This document shows positions 1-11,364 of a DNA stretch of 64,000 nt, piece by piece. The number at the start of each line of letters is the position of its first letter. Position 1 is the first letter of the stretch. Under the pieces are notes generated by a model that saw only the letters and a list, made by a program, of their open reading frames with translations, was not told the origin of the DNA and did no database searches. Origin of the DNA: Macrostomum lignano (Eukaryota); assembly GCA_002269645.1 (NCBI GenBank), contig NIVC01001708.1, positions 1-64,000 on the forward strand, written 5' to 3'. Made by a program: the position numbers and the translations under genes.

Positions 1-1263
1 TCGGCATGAGAATACTCAACTGAGTTTATCTCTGTTCCTCTCCTCGTCCTTCTTTGGACTTGCTGTCAGATTGAGTTCTGACCCATTCGTCTATAAGACG
101 AATCCCTGCCGTCCGCGTCTGTTACCGCCAAGTTATCCTTAGCTCCCCAAGTGAGCTCGCCTATCGCCAGCGGTTCTGATACCGCCCAGCATCATCAGCA
201 TCGCCTGATCTACATCAGCGCCTCGTCGCTCCAGCGCATCGCCGCTTCACCGTCTGCCTGACTGCAGCCTACAGCCGCCCTCGTCACTCCGCCTCTCTCT
301 CTCTCTGTGCAGCTGCCGGTAAGTTCCTGCTACTAATTTGTGCTCTAATTGCCTTTGCTTATCCGGGGTTTGCCTATTTTCCATTGTCTGATTAGAGAGC
401 TGAGCCAATTGTGATACCGTATCTTTTGCTGTATTTTACTCAATAGTGAAGCCGCCTAATTGCCTGCTTATTTGCCTAAGGCCTAATTATTAACTATTAA
501 CTAACTTCATCATTATTCAATCTTTCACCATCATTTCACTCATGGCTTGCTAAGCCTTTCTCCCGGGGTGGCAAAGCATAAGGAAGTTTGGGTAAGCTAA
601 TGGCCTCTCCCCGTGCAAAGCCCGCCTGTGAGTGCGTGCTGCGGGCCGCGTGTGCGTGCAGTAGAGGGATTAGCGAGTCTTGGCACAGAATGGCAGTAGG
701 AAGGTTGCAACCCCATGCTAACGCGTCCCTTCGCCCTGAGCAATCTAAACTGTAGACAGTACATGTTCGCCTCATACTACTCTTAGTAATCAAAGTCGCA
801 AGTCAGCCTCGCTCACAGCCACAAAGGATCCCCTGCTGAGAAATCCTCCAGGATTGAGCCCAGAGTTCCCGATCATGCCCCAAGCAGAGTCCCTGTACTC
901 GGCTGCATGCGTCTCCCCTGTTAGCCTAAATCCCCTGGTAACCAATCCAGGCGGGGCTCTAGCCTCGAGAGGTCTGGTAGAAAGATCCAGGTGCGCCAGG
1001 TCACATAGAGTGGTGGCAGCCACTCGGTCATACCATGACCGAGTGACCAACTATTGCACCTTGGCTACAGGTGGGGTCCATGTGGGTCCTTGGCCCTCTG
1101 GTCACGAAGCGCTACCAAAGCTACTAATCATGTGGGCGGGACAGTCTGGTGCTGGAGGTCCGTCAGGTCATTGCCCGGTCATAGGCAGCCTACGGTCATT
1201 GCCCCCTCTAGCCATGCGTTCGTCTCTCTACGGAGCGGACAGGCGACAAGGGCGGTTACATCA
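1..1263 (+). repeat. 5' LTR (R/U5 part) of Gypsy-1
   Basis: Direct repeat of 10096-11364, ending GGTTACATCA. Confidence 0.95.
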
Positions 1264-1266
1264 AAA

Positions 1267-1284
1267 TGGTGGCAGCGGTGGGAT
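1267..1284 (+). promoter_or_regulatory. Primer-binding site, tRNA-Leu
   Basis: TGGTGGCAGCGGTGGGAT is the complement of the eukaryotic tRNA-Leu 3' end (...ATCCCACCGCTGCCACCA), 3 nt after the LTR. Confidence 0.9.
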
Positions 1285-3600
1285 CTGGTGCAAACAGCGC
1301 TGAGTTTCGGACTGGTGGTTTAGATGTGACAAGCGCACCTGTGGCATCCCTCAGAATGGTGGCCGAAGCGCAAAGAGTGCCATGTCTAAATCTACCAATC
1401 GTAAAAATCGCCAATCGTCATTCTCTTCTCCCATGGCGTGAGGCAACAAAATCCAAAAATATTAATGTAACTTTTCAAATTTTTCGGGCTGCGAATTCGT
1501 TCAATTCATTCGAAATTTCCAAATTCATTCATTCGCCAAAAGCCCCTGATTCAATTTAAAATTAATTTAGCCGATCAGTTTCAGCGCTAGAAAGTGTGAA
1601 GTGGTAGACGAGCGGATTTGATTACAATCAGAATAGCTACCTGGTAACGGAGTGTGTGAAGAACTGCGAAAGTGAATTTTCCGGACTCACTTTCTATCAT
1701 GTAATATCTTATTTCCCCTCCCTTTCTTTCTCTCGCCTACCTACAAGCAGAACTGTGTGAGTGTTGAGGTGGACAGCAGCCAGGTACGGAGCCTCATCAC
1801 GCAAGCACAGCGGAGCTGGAAGCGAAGCATTTCTTTCCTTTGTCCTACCTCTTTCTTTTACTCGGGGCGAGTGTAACAGTCGCTCTCCTGATCGCTCAGT
1901 TAATCCTAGAAATGCGTAGAGACCGGAGCGTGTTTTGTTGCCATTAGAATGAACAGCTATCAAGGGCTATGGGGAACTCGTATATATGCATAGTAAGGGA
2001 AGCAGTAGTCATGGCCTTGGAAACATTGGGGATACCAAAGTCTCGCAGGAATGGGAATAGCGGTGTGATTGTATCTCTGTAGGGTATCAGTGTGACTCAA
2101 AAATCTCGGGCTAAAAAAGTGTCACCTCCTATGGAATACCTGCGATCAGCCCGGACCTGAATTCTGCGGTAACCCCTGGTGCCTTCATGGCTGGGATTCG
2201 ATCCCAACGTGTCTGCTGACTCTCCCACTGTATTGCAGACCGGTAGTAACTGCTTTGGTTGCATTTGGGCTGGTGCAGTGGCTGGAAATAGTAGATCCAT
2301 AGTATCCTATTGATAGTGGAGTTCAGTGAGTATTGGAATGGTGTACTGGAAGTCTGGTGGCCCCCAGTGATCTCGTAATGTTTCCTGCTGCATTCTCCTC
2401 CTTTAGTAATTCCTCCCCCCTGCTGTCAGTCTGATAGGGGAGGTGGGTGTGCCAATCAGCCCGACCCGGTAGAACGGCGCTCCTGCCCGACTTGTCAGCC
2501 TGGCCCAGGAAGGCGCTATTGCGCAACTCTTTTCCCCTCTGGCCACTGCAGCCCACTAAGCGCTTAGACGCAGGGTTGCATGCAGTCCCCTAATGTAAAG
2601 CCCCGGTACATAGAGTGCCACCCCAAGTGCCCCGCAAGGTCAATAAGACGGGTTGACGTCTCTGGCAACTTGGAATAACCTAGATGGAGGTACCGCTGTC
2701 TCCTGGTAGAACCGGGCGTTCAAGTACAGTAAAGTGGAGAGGCTGACAACTGTAGGACTTTCTCCGCCATCAGATAAAGGTCCCAAGTATGCTATTTCGA
2801 GCTGCAGCAAAGGTGGAGTATCGGAGGGCAAGCATTTCAGGAAGATACTCACTTAGGTCTGTTTATCCTAGGAAAGCGGGCGAGAGTTTCAGGCTTGTAA
2901 TCCGCCTAACCTGAAAACTTCGGGGACAGTTTAGTCTGGACTCCCGCTGCGCGCCTTCGCTCTGAACAGAAGGGGGAGGTCTTGGTTTTTGTGGATTCTG
3001 CTAGACGTAGGGGAGCTGGATTCCCGCCTTTTGTGAAGCTGCGTGTACAAGATTGGTAGTCCTGAGGTGGAAGCCCCACTGGACTCCGACGGTTTTCCGG
3101 CTGTGCAAGGGCAGTAAAGTGGGAGGACCTCCATGGGGATTGCTCCCGCCACTTGGGTTTTTGGGTCCAGGCGCCAACGCTTCTTCGTAGTAGCTTTCTT
3201 AAGGAAATGGGGTCCGGCGCGCAACCCTAGGGGAGAATTTGTACAGGTGCCGTAAGTCCGTTTACGGTCGGCATTTGGGTTCCCTAGCATGGCCGCAAAA
3301 TGAAGGTCAAGTCTCTCTGAATAGCCAATTTTTCCCTGTCAGGATGTGCCATAGACAACTGGTAGTGGTAGCCGCAGTTTGAGTCAGTGTGCTTTGCCGA
3401 GTGAAGCCGTTAGGACTGCCTAAATGGAATTATGTGGAGCCACCCGTTTTTCAATTTGTTTTCTTCGACGCCGCAAGTGTGTGAGTTTTGTCTGTGTTTG
3501 TGTGTTTCGGATCAACTTTTCGGTCTTTACCTGTAGTTGCCCCGGTTTTCTTTTCTTTTCCTTCCGGTAGTGGGTACTCCCCCAGCTATCCGGCTTTCAC

Positions 3601-6600
3601 ATGTCACGGGCGCGTGGAGATAGGGTCGTAGAAGCTGTGTGCGCAGACGCCCCTGGTCAACCACCCTCGGCCGCTGACACCCCAGCAGTTGCCGCCCCCG
3701 CAGCCGCAATGGCCGCAGCCGCTGGTAATCAGGCCAACCAGCCTCCAGATGCAGTAGTTACTGATGAGCCTGACATAGGAGCTGCCGCTCCTAACCCAGA
3801 ATCAGGGGGGCATGTCGCCGTTGCGGCTCCTCCCGTTTGTCAACCTTCTTCAGTCATCGTCCTAGAACCGAAGGTACGCCCCCAGTTTCATCTCGACCCA
3901 TTCAATGAGTCACGGGACAACATCTTCCTGTGGGTGGGCGGCTCGAATTCAAGTTCAAAGTGGAGGACATCAGCACCGATGCCGATAGAATCCTCACCCT
4001 AATCAGCCACCTACAAGGCGAACAGCAAGATATCGTCGTCGGCCAGGCGAGGCGGCTTGGCACCTATTCTCAGCTGCGTGACATGCTGGTGGAACGTTGC
4101 GTAAGTGTGTGGAGCCCCATGGCCCGACACTGCTTCAACCAGACGCTGGAGCAGGAGCCCGAGGAGAGTGACTTCCGCTTCGCGACCCGCCTGCTCCGCA
4201 CCCTCCAGTGGACCATGCGTGGCCGGCCGCCGGACGAGATTGATCTGGAAGCGCAACTTGCCTATATGTCCAAGGCCCGGATGCCGCGAGATGTGCGAAT
4301 TCAGCTCCTGGCGCAACGACAGTTCCCCGATGTGACCGCTCTCGTGACTCGTCACCAGGAGCTGAGCGAAGCCGTACAGTTGGCGGAGGCCTTCGACACC
4401 GACTCGCCGGCCCAGCCAGAAGAAACCGAACCCGACCAGCCAACACCGTCTCTACCTTCGCCACCGCCGCCGTCTCCTCCGAAGGCTTGGTGGGTGGCGA
4501 CGGGAGGCGATATGGAACTAACACCGTGGTCGGAGACTACCGTCAGAGTGCGAGGGCGACCTTGGGAAGGCGACTGTCTGGTGGAGGGAGTCGACATGGA
4601 AGCCTTCCGGAGATCGCGGTCAGTCGCTCGTTGGACCAAGCCGTAGACGGGTGGGTCCGAGTTCGCCTCATCAACTGGTCCGAAGAACCGGTACAGCTGC
4701 CCGCTGGCACGGTAGTAGCGCAGGCGAGCGCCTTAAAGGAAGTGGCCCTGGTCAACCGGATTACGCCAATGGGCAACACCGGGCCCGGCCCCACAGCCAC
4801 TCCAAAGGATTCAACAGCTGCCAGGAAGCCGCCGGACTGGATGAAAGACCTGGAGATGGGCAGTCAACTCTCTCCCCAGGAGCGGCAACGGCTATTACGC
4901 CTACTCAACGACAACACCGATGTCTTCGCCGAGGAGGAGAACGACCTGCGGGTCACCGACGTCGTCACACACGAAATCAAGTTGACGGACTCGAGGCCCG
5001 TCAAGATGCATCCAAGACGCCTCCCTCAGGCCTACCAGGAAGAAGTGCGGCACCAGGTGCAGGGCTGGCTGGAGACCGGCAAGGTAAAGGTCTCCAAGAG
5101 TCCTTACTCCTCCGCGTTGGTCTTGGTCCCCAAAAGCGATGGATCGTTACGAGTGTGCATCGATTTCCGGGAGGTCAACGAGCGCAGCGTGGCCGAGGTA
5201 ACCCCTCTGCCTCGAATCGATGAGCTGCTGGCTTCGCTGGGCGGGTCGGCGTACTTCACGTCCCTCGATCTGCGGAGCGGTTACCACCAAGTGCCCATCC
5301 AGCCGGAATGCCGCCCCTACACTGCATTCGCTGTGCCCAATATGGGGCTGTTTGAATGGAACGTAATGCCGTTCGGACTGAAGGGCGCCCCAAGTACCTT
5401 CTCTCGGCTGATGAACCTGGTGTTGGCCGAGCTCCAACCCGCAATCGCAATGGCCTACATTGACGATGTCATCGTGCATTCTCGCGATTTTAGCACCCAC
5501 CTGAATCACCTGCAACTTGTCTTTAACAAATTAAGAACAGCAAACCTGCGGCTGAAGCCGTCCAAGTGTGCTTTCGCCAAATCCGAGGTCACCTTTCTAG
5601 GATATGTGGTCTCGAGAGAGGGCGTCGCACCCTGCCCGCACAAGACGTGTGCCATTGACACCTGGCCGCGGCCCCAGAGCGTCACGGAGGTCCGCCAATT
5701 CTTGGGGAAGGCCGGATATTATCGGCAGTTTATTCCCGACTACAGTGAGGTGGCCGCACCACTGCACGCCCTGACTAAGAAAGGGACGAAGGACATCCCG
5801 GGTCGCTGGGGGCCCGAGCAGGAACAAGCATTCGAGAAGTTAAAGCGCGCCTTGGTTACCGCCCCGGTGCTGCACCACCCAGATTTCGGGCCTCAGGCGG
5901 GCATCTTCGTGCTCGACTGCGACGCGAGCTTGAATGCCCTGGGTGCAGTCCTCAGCCAGAGGCAAGCGGACGGAAGTGAGCGGGTCATCGCCTACGGGAG
6001 CCGAAGTCTGGTGTCTAGTGAGCGTAACCACTGTGTCACCAAACTGGAGATGCTCAGCCTAGTGTTCTTTACGCGACAATTCCGGTATTACCTGCTAGGT
6101 CGCCGCTTCATCGTCCGCACTGACCACCGCTCTCTGACGTGGCTAAGAAATTTCAAGGAGCCGACCGGATTGATCGCTCGCTGGTTTACTCACCTCGCTG
6201 AGTACGATTTCGAAGTGGAATACCGCCCTGGGCGGCTACACACCAACGCCGACGCGCTCAGTCGCCGGCCTGCACACCAGCATGGGGACTGTCCCATCTG
6301 CCGACCGCCAGAGGACGCCCGACCACCAGGGGAGCTGGACGAGGACTTGCGAACTTTCCGAGTGGAGACAAAGAGGCGTCTGCTGGAACAGCGGGACCTC
6401 CTCAGCAAGGCGGAGCTCATGGAAGCGCAAAGGAAGGACCCTGCCTTGGCCTGGATCATGCGACGACTAGGAGAAGGTGCAGAGAAAGCCCCGCCAGCTG
6501 GGACGGAATTGTGCCCACCCTTGGTGCGCCGGGTGGCCCCTTTTTGGGGCTTGCTCAGTGTGGACGAGGGCGTACTAAGGATTGATGTGGAGGGGGTCGC

Positions 6601-8230
6601 GGCCAAGAAGAAAATCGTGTTGCCCGAAAGCTTGGACCAGAAGGTGTTCCGGTTGCTGCACGACGATCCTCTGGCCGGGCACTTTGGGCGAAGGAAAGTG
6701 GACGAGCGCTTTCGCCAACGGTTCTGGCGCCCCGGCCTGCACCGACGGATCGCCGAGATGTGTGCGGCCTGCGAGTGCTGTTTGCGGTCCAAGCCGCACA
6801 AGCGGGCCAAAGCTTCGCCGCAATCTCTTGAACTTAGCGAGAAGTTCTCTCGCATTCACTTGGATTTTGTGGGGCCCCTGGGTCGAGGCCAGAAGTCAAG
6901 GAAGGGGAACACCAGTATCCTCACGGTGACGGACAGCTACACCGGCTGGGTCGAAGCTTACCCTACCCGGGACCAGACATCGAAGACCGTCATCCGTCTG
7001 CTGGTGCAGGAATACATACCGAGGTTCGGAGTACCTGACTGGATACACACGGATCAGGGACAGCACTTTGAGTCCCGGGACTTCCAGCGCTTTTGTGACT
7101 CTCTGGGTATCCGCAAAACCCGCACGACGCCATACCATCCTCAATGCAATGGGAAGGCCGAAGTCCAGCACCGCACGATCCGGGCCCTGTTGACGGCGCA
7201 GCTGGAACAGGACCACGACTTGTGGGATGAGAAGCTGCCGGCATGCCTCCTGGCGATGCGTTCCAGCCTGAACCGCATGACGGGGTATTCCGCGTTCAGC
7301 TTAACGTACGGGCAAGAGGCTCGACTGCCCTTGGACGTCGCTCTCGAGCCAGCTGAGGCCGCTCCCGGGCATGCTGCCTACGCGGCCCGTCTGGCGGCGT
7401 ATCTCGATCAGGCGCGCGCAGATATCGAGGAAAAGTTCGAGACCCGAGTTCAACACCAAGCGCGCCGACCGCAGAAGTGCCGCAGCCTGGACATCGGTGA
7501 CATTGTGTTCTTGGCCAACCCTCATCTGGAAGAATGGGAGATTCCTAAGTTTCACAAGGCGTTCACCGGCCCCTGGAAGGTGGTGGCCCAGCCGTCCCAG
7601 GCCGTGTTCGACATCGCCCCGGTGCACCCCCAGCCAGGCAGGCCCGCGGTATACCGGACCCATCGCGATACGCTCCGTCCCGCGCCGGCCCAATATCAGC
7701 CCGAGGTGCCTCAGGCAGCTGCCCGCAAGTCTCCTGCCGGACCGGGCCGACCACCAGTTCGCCCAGCGCCTCGAGCCCCGGAAGCACCGCAGTGGTTCCC
7801 CGACTCCGATTCGGAGGAAGAAGAGGAAATGTATGTCAGATGGCCTCTGCGAAACCGGCTCCCTCCGGTGACGGTTCCCGCCGAAGTAGCATTGCCGCCG
7901 GCAAACCATCCAACCCAACCAGTTGACGTCCCAGAGCCCGCCGCCGATCAGGAACCAGTAGAGCAGGGCCCGCCAGCCCCCGAACTGCCCACGCCCCCCG
8001 CAGCGGGAGAGCTCGAAGCCAACGAGGAACCGCTGGATGAGCCACCGTTGGGCCCCGTGTTGCGCCCTCGGGCTGCCCTGAGGCGCCCAGAACGTTGGGG
8101 TTACGAGGTGCGGCGGCTGGATTCGACCCAGGAGGCAGATGACTCCGACTACGACTGGGGCCCTCCATCGGACCCAGAGGACTGCTGGAACAGCAGCATC
8201 AGTGGGTCACTTGACTGGGATCCTCCCTGA
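3601..8230 (+). CDS. Gag-Pol polyprotein of Gypsy-1 (Gag, linker, RT, RNase H, integrase; no protease), with two apparent 1-bp frameshifts (~3940, ~4608)
   Basis: ORFs 3601-4002, 3930-4646 and 4487-8230 join into one protein (IFLWVG/RLEFKF; DMEAF/PEIAVSRSL). RT LDLRSGYHQV and YIDD; RH DCDAS and TDH; IN H-H-C-C, LDFVG, TDQG, KAEVQ, GPW. Confidence 0.92.
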
Positions 8231-8531
8231 GGTGCCACTCTTGCGGGTCAGCCCCTGGCCCCGTGGAGATTAGAATCATTATTAGGACGATGACTTCACC
8301 TTAGGCACTGTACCGTATGACAAGATATATTTTACTACTGCAATTGGCTCAGTTTGACATGAAAGGCATGGCGAATGGGTGGATCTCGCATAATGTACAG
8401 GTGAAGAGAAATCAGGTTGGTGATGGGACTTACCGAGTAGTTGTATAGTTTGGAAAATCGCGCTGAGTGCCTTGGTTGGAAACTGCGACTCCGTGTAGGT
8501 TGCAGGCAGCCGGCTCCCGTTATCAGTGGCG

Positions 8532-8540
8532 CCTTTTATA
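8532..8540 (-). promoter_or_regulatory. Candidate antisense TATA box in the Gypsy-1 3' UTR
   Basis: Minus-strand TATAAAAGG, the same 9-mer as the LTR TATA, followed ~100 nt later by a CG|GTAAGT donor at 8433. Confidence 0.5.
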
Positions 8541-9127
8541 CAGTGGCCAGCGCACGGCGCGGCGCCTCCCAGCCTACAACCGATCGCCCCGAAGCCCTCT
8601 GACTGGCTGAAGCGGGGTCCGAGCCTTCAAGGACGCTAGGCCTCCGTGCGGTTGAACTCCCGGCGAAATTAGCTTATTAATTTACTGCGCTGCATTAGTA
8701 TTTTTCCCCTGTGTAATCGTCATTCTCCCCGAGGCTCTGCCCTTGGCTGTGTGCTAGCAACCCTTCCCCCTTCTTTTTCCCCACTTCCCTCACCCTTCCC
8801 CGTTTCCTCTCTTTCCCAGCTGCGCTTCTATCCAATTATGATAATTTATTGTTGACAATTCGCTATTTTTCTCCCTACTATTGCGCTGTCTGTGTTTCCC
8901 CCCTCCCACTTTAGCCACAGCAACAGTTGAAATTTTTGAAATTCTGTATTGCACTCCAACCTATGTATCTCGTTTTGTGAATTTATTGCTATCCCCTCTA
9001 TTTTATCGCCTTTTTCCATTCCCGCTCGCGGTTTGTTAATTCTGTGATTTCACGTTCGGTTGAGATCCCGCTCCCGTCTGTGTGGTTCCATGTTGGGCAG
9101 TGATGATGACGGAACCAGTTCCGTCAC

Positions 9128-9144
9128 AAAAGGCAGTGGGGGTG
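9128..9144 (+). promoter_or_regulatory. Polypurine tract of Gypsy-1
   Basis: AAAAGGCAGTGGGGGTG immediately before the TGATGTAACC start of the 3' LTR. Confidence 0.85.
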
Positions 9145-11364
9145 TGATGTAACCACGCTCTGGTCGCGGGATAGGGCATGGGAACTTTTTGAAAGTGCCT
9201 CCTATCCCGTGCACCCTCTGCACAGAGCTGTCGAGACTCGGCCAGGTCTCCGACCGAGCCTGGAGACTCCCGCTCTGCTGCACCCCTCCTGCTGCCTTGG
9301 TCCCGTCTCTCCTGCCGCCACACCTGCCTTTCCGGAGCCCCTACCCCTTTCTGTACCTCCCCCTCTACCCTATCTCTTCTGTTCCCGCCCTATTCTTCCT
9401 GTACTTTCTCTACCTCCTCCCTTTTTTTTGTCTCCCTCTGCACTCTTTTCCTGCGCTGTCCCCTCTTTCCCTGTGTCTACTTACAGTACTTTGTGTGCTC
9501 ACCGTCTCCCCATCCCCTCTCAAACTCCCAAACGGTGACGCAAGTCGTGTGACCCCTTCTCCCCCTCGGTGACTCATCGATGACTCATCCCCCTCTCTTG
9601 CGCAACCTTTTCTCACGCTATTGTTCTCCTTCCCAAATTTCTCATGTGACACCCACCCCACCTCCGCTTCTATTGTTCTCGTTTTTGCTTCTTTTGTTCT
9701 CTCGACCCCCACCAATTATCACATTTTCTCCGATTTTCTCTTTCTTTTGTTCTCGTTTTCGCACCTAATTATCACCTTTTCTCCAATGTTTACTTTTCCA
9801 TTGTTCTCAGTTTTCCCCAATTATCCCCGATTTCCAATTCCTTTGTTCTCGACCCCAGCCCTATTGTTCTCAATGTTTGCTTGCGCAACACTTTCGCGAC
9901 CACCCGCTGCGCCAATTATCCCCCCACCCCACCTCCGGATTGCGCAATTTCCCGATTTCTCATGTTGCTATGCCGGTCTCATGCTTCTCATCATGACTCA
10001 TTCTGACGTCATTCTGCCGGCAGCCAATCAGAGAGAGGGAGCCATGGTAACGACCTTGAGGAGGCGGCTGTGAGGTCTATAAAAGGAAGCGATTTCGGCA
10101 TGAGAATACTCAACTGAGTTTATCTCTGTTCCTCTCCTCGTCCTTCTTTGGACTTGCTGTCAGATTGAGTTCTGACCCATTCGTCTATAAGACGAATCCC
10201 TGCCGGTCCGCGGTCTGTTACCGCCAAGTTATCCTTAGCTCCCCAAGTGAGCTCGCCTATCGGCCAGCGGTCTGATACCGCCCAGCATCATCAGCATCGC
10301 CTGATCTACATCAGCGCCTCGTCGCTCCAGCGCATCGCCGCTTCACCGTCTGCCTGACTGCAGCCTACAGCCGCCCTCGGTCACTCCGCCTCTCTCTCTC
10401 TCTCTGTGCAGCTGCCGGTAAGTTCCTACTACTAATTTGTGCTCTAATTGCCTTTGCTTATCCGGGGTTTGCCTATTTTCCATTGTCTGATTAGAGAGCT
10501 GAGCCAATTGTGATACCGTATCTTTTGCTGTATTTTACTCAATAGTGAAGCCGCCTAATTGCCTGCTTATTTGCCTAAGGGCCTAATTATTAACTATTAA
10601 CTAACTTCATCATTATTCAATCTTTCACCATCATTTCACTCATGGCTTGCTAAGCCTTTCTCCCGGGGTGGCAAAGCATAAGGAAGTTTGGGTAAGCTAA
10701 TGGCCTCTCCCCGTGCAAAGCCCGCCTGTGAGTGCGTGCTGCGGGGCCGCGTGTGCGTGCAGTAGAGGGATTAGCGAGTCTTGGCACAGAATGGCAGTAG
10801 GAAGGTTGCAACCCCATGCTAACGCGTCCCTTCGCCCTGAGCAATCTAAACTGTAGACAGTACATGTTCGCCTCATACTACTCTTAGTAATCAAAGTCGC
10901 AAGTCAGCCTCGCTCACAGCCACAAAGGATCCCCTGCTGAGAAATCCTCCAGGATTGAGCCCAGAGTTCCCGATCATGCCCCAAGCAGAGTCCCTGTACT
11001 CGGCTGCATGCGTCTCCCCTGTTAGCCTAAATCCCCTGGTAACCAATCCAGGCGGGGCTCTAGCCTCGAGAGGTTTGGTAGAAAGATCCAGGTGCGCCAG
11101 GTCACATAGAGTGGTGGCAGCCACTCGGTCATACCATGACCGAGTGACCGACTATTGCACCTTGGCTACAGGTGGGGTCCATGTGGGTCCTTGGCCCTCT
11201 GGTCACGAAGCGCTACCAAAGCTACTAATCATGTGGGCGGGACAGTCTGGTGCTGGAGGTCCGTCAGGTCATTGCCCGGTCATAGGCAGCCTACGGTCAT
11301 TGCCCCCTCTAGCCATGCGTTCGTCTCTCTACGGAGCGGACAGGCGACAAGGGCGGTTACATCA
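9145..11364 (+). repeat. 3' LTR of Gypsy-1 (2220 bp)
   Basis: 10-bp inverted termini TGATGTAACC/GGTTACATCA; distal 1.27 kb matches the 5' LTR. Confidence 0.93.
9570..10086 (+). promoter_or_regulatory. LTR U3 enhancer/promoter: 3 AP-1, 1 CRE, 3 C/EBP motifs, CCAAT and TATA
   Basis: TGACTCA at 9570, 9581, 9994; TGACGTCA at 10004; TTGCGCAA at 9598, 9881, 9940; CCAAT at 10024; TATAAAAGG at 10078. Confidence 0.7.

Larger units (their letters stand above)
1..11364 (+). mobile_element. Ty3/Gypsy LTR retrotransposon (Gypsy-1), young, 5' LTR truncated by the window edge
   Basis: 1-1263 is nearly identical to 10096-11364 (a few substitutions and 1-bp indels). LTR termini TGATGTAACC...GGTTACATCA, PBS after the 5' LTR, PPT before the 3' LTR, domain order RT-RH-IN. 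Confidence 0.97.

Noticed and set aside
536-1323. ORFs inside the LTR (and copies at 10650-11386)
   Set aside because: No domain; they differ in frame between two near-identical LTRs; treated as chance ORFs in GC-rich U5
2300-2330. IDSG motif in the leader as a relocated protease active site
   Set aside because: Flanked by in-frame stops within a few codons on both sides
3930-4646. Programmed frameshifts at ~3940 and ~4608 in Gypsy-1
   Set aside because: No slippery heptamer; each is fixed by adding one base to a short G or C run, typical of long-read errors, which also appear between the LTRs
9189-10073. Hydrophobic ORFs in U3 as an env gene
   Set aside because: Leu/Phe/Pro richness comes from the pyrimidine-biased strand; they lie inside the LTR
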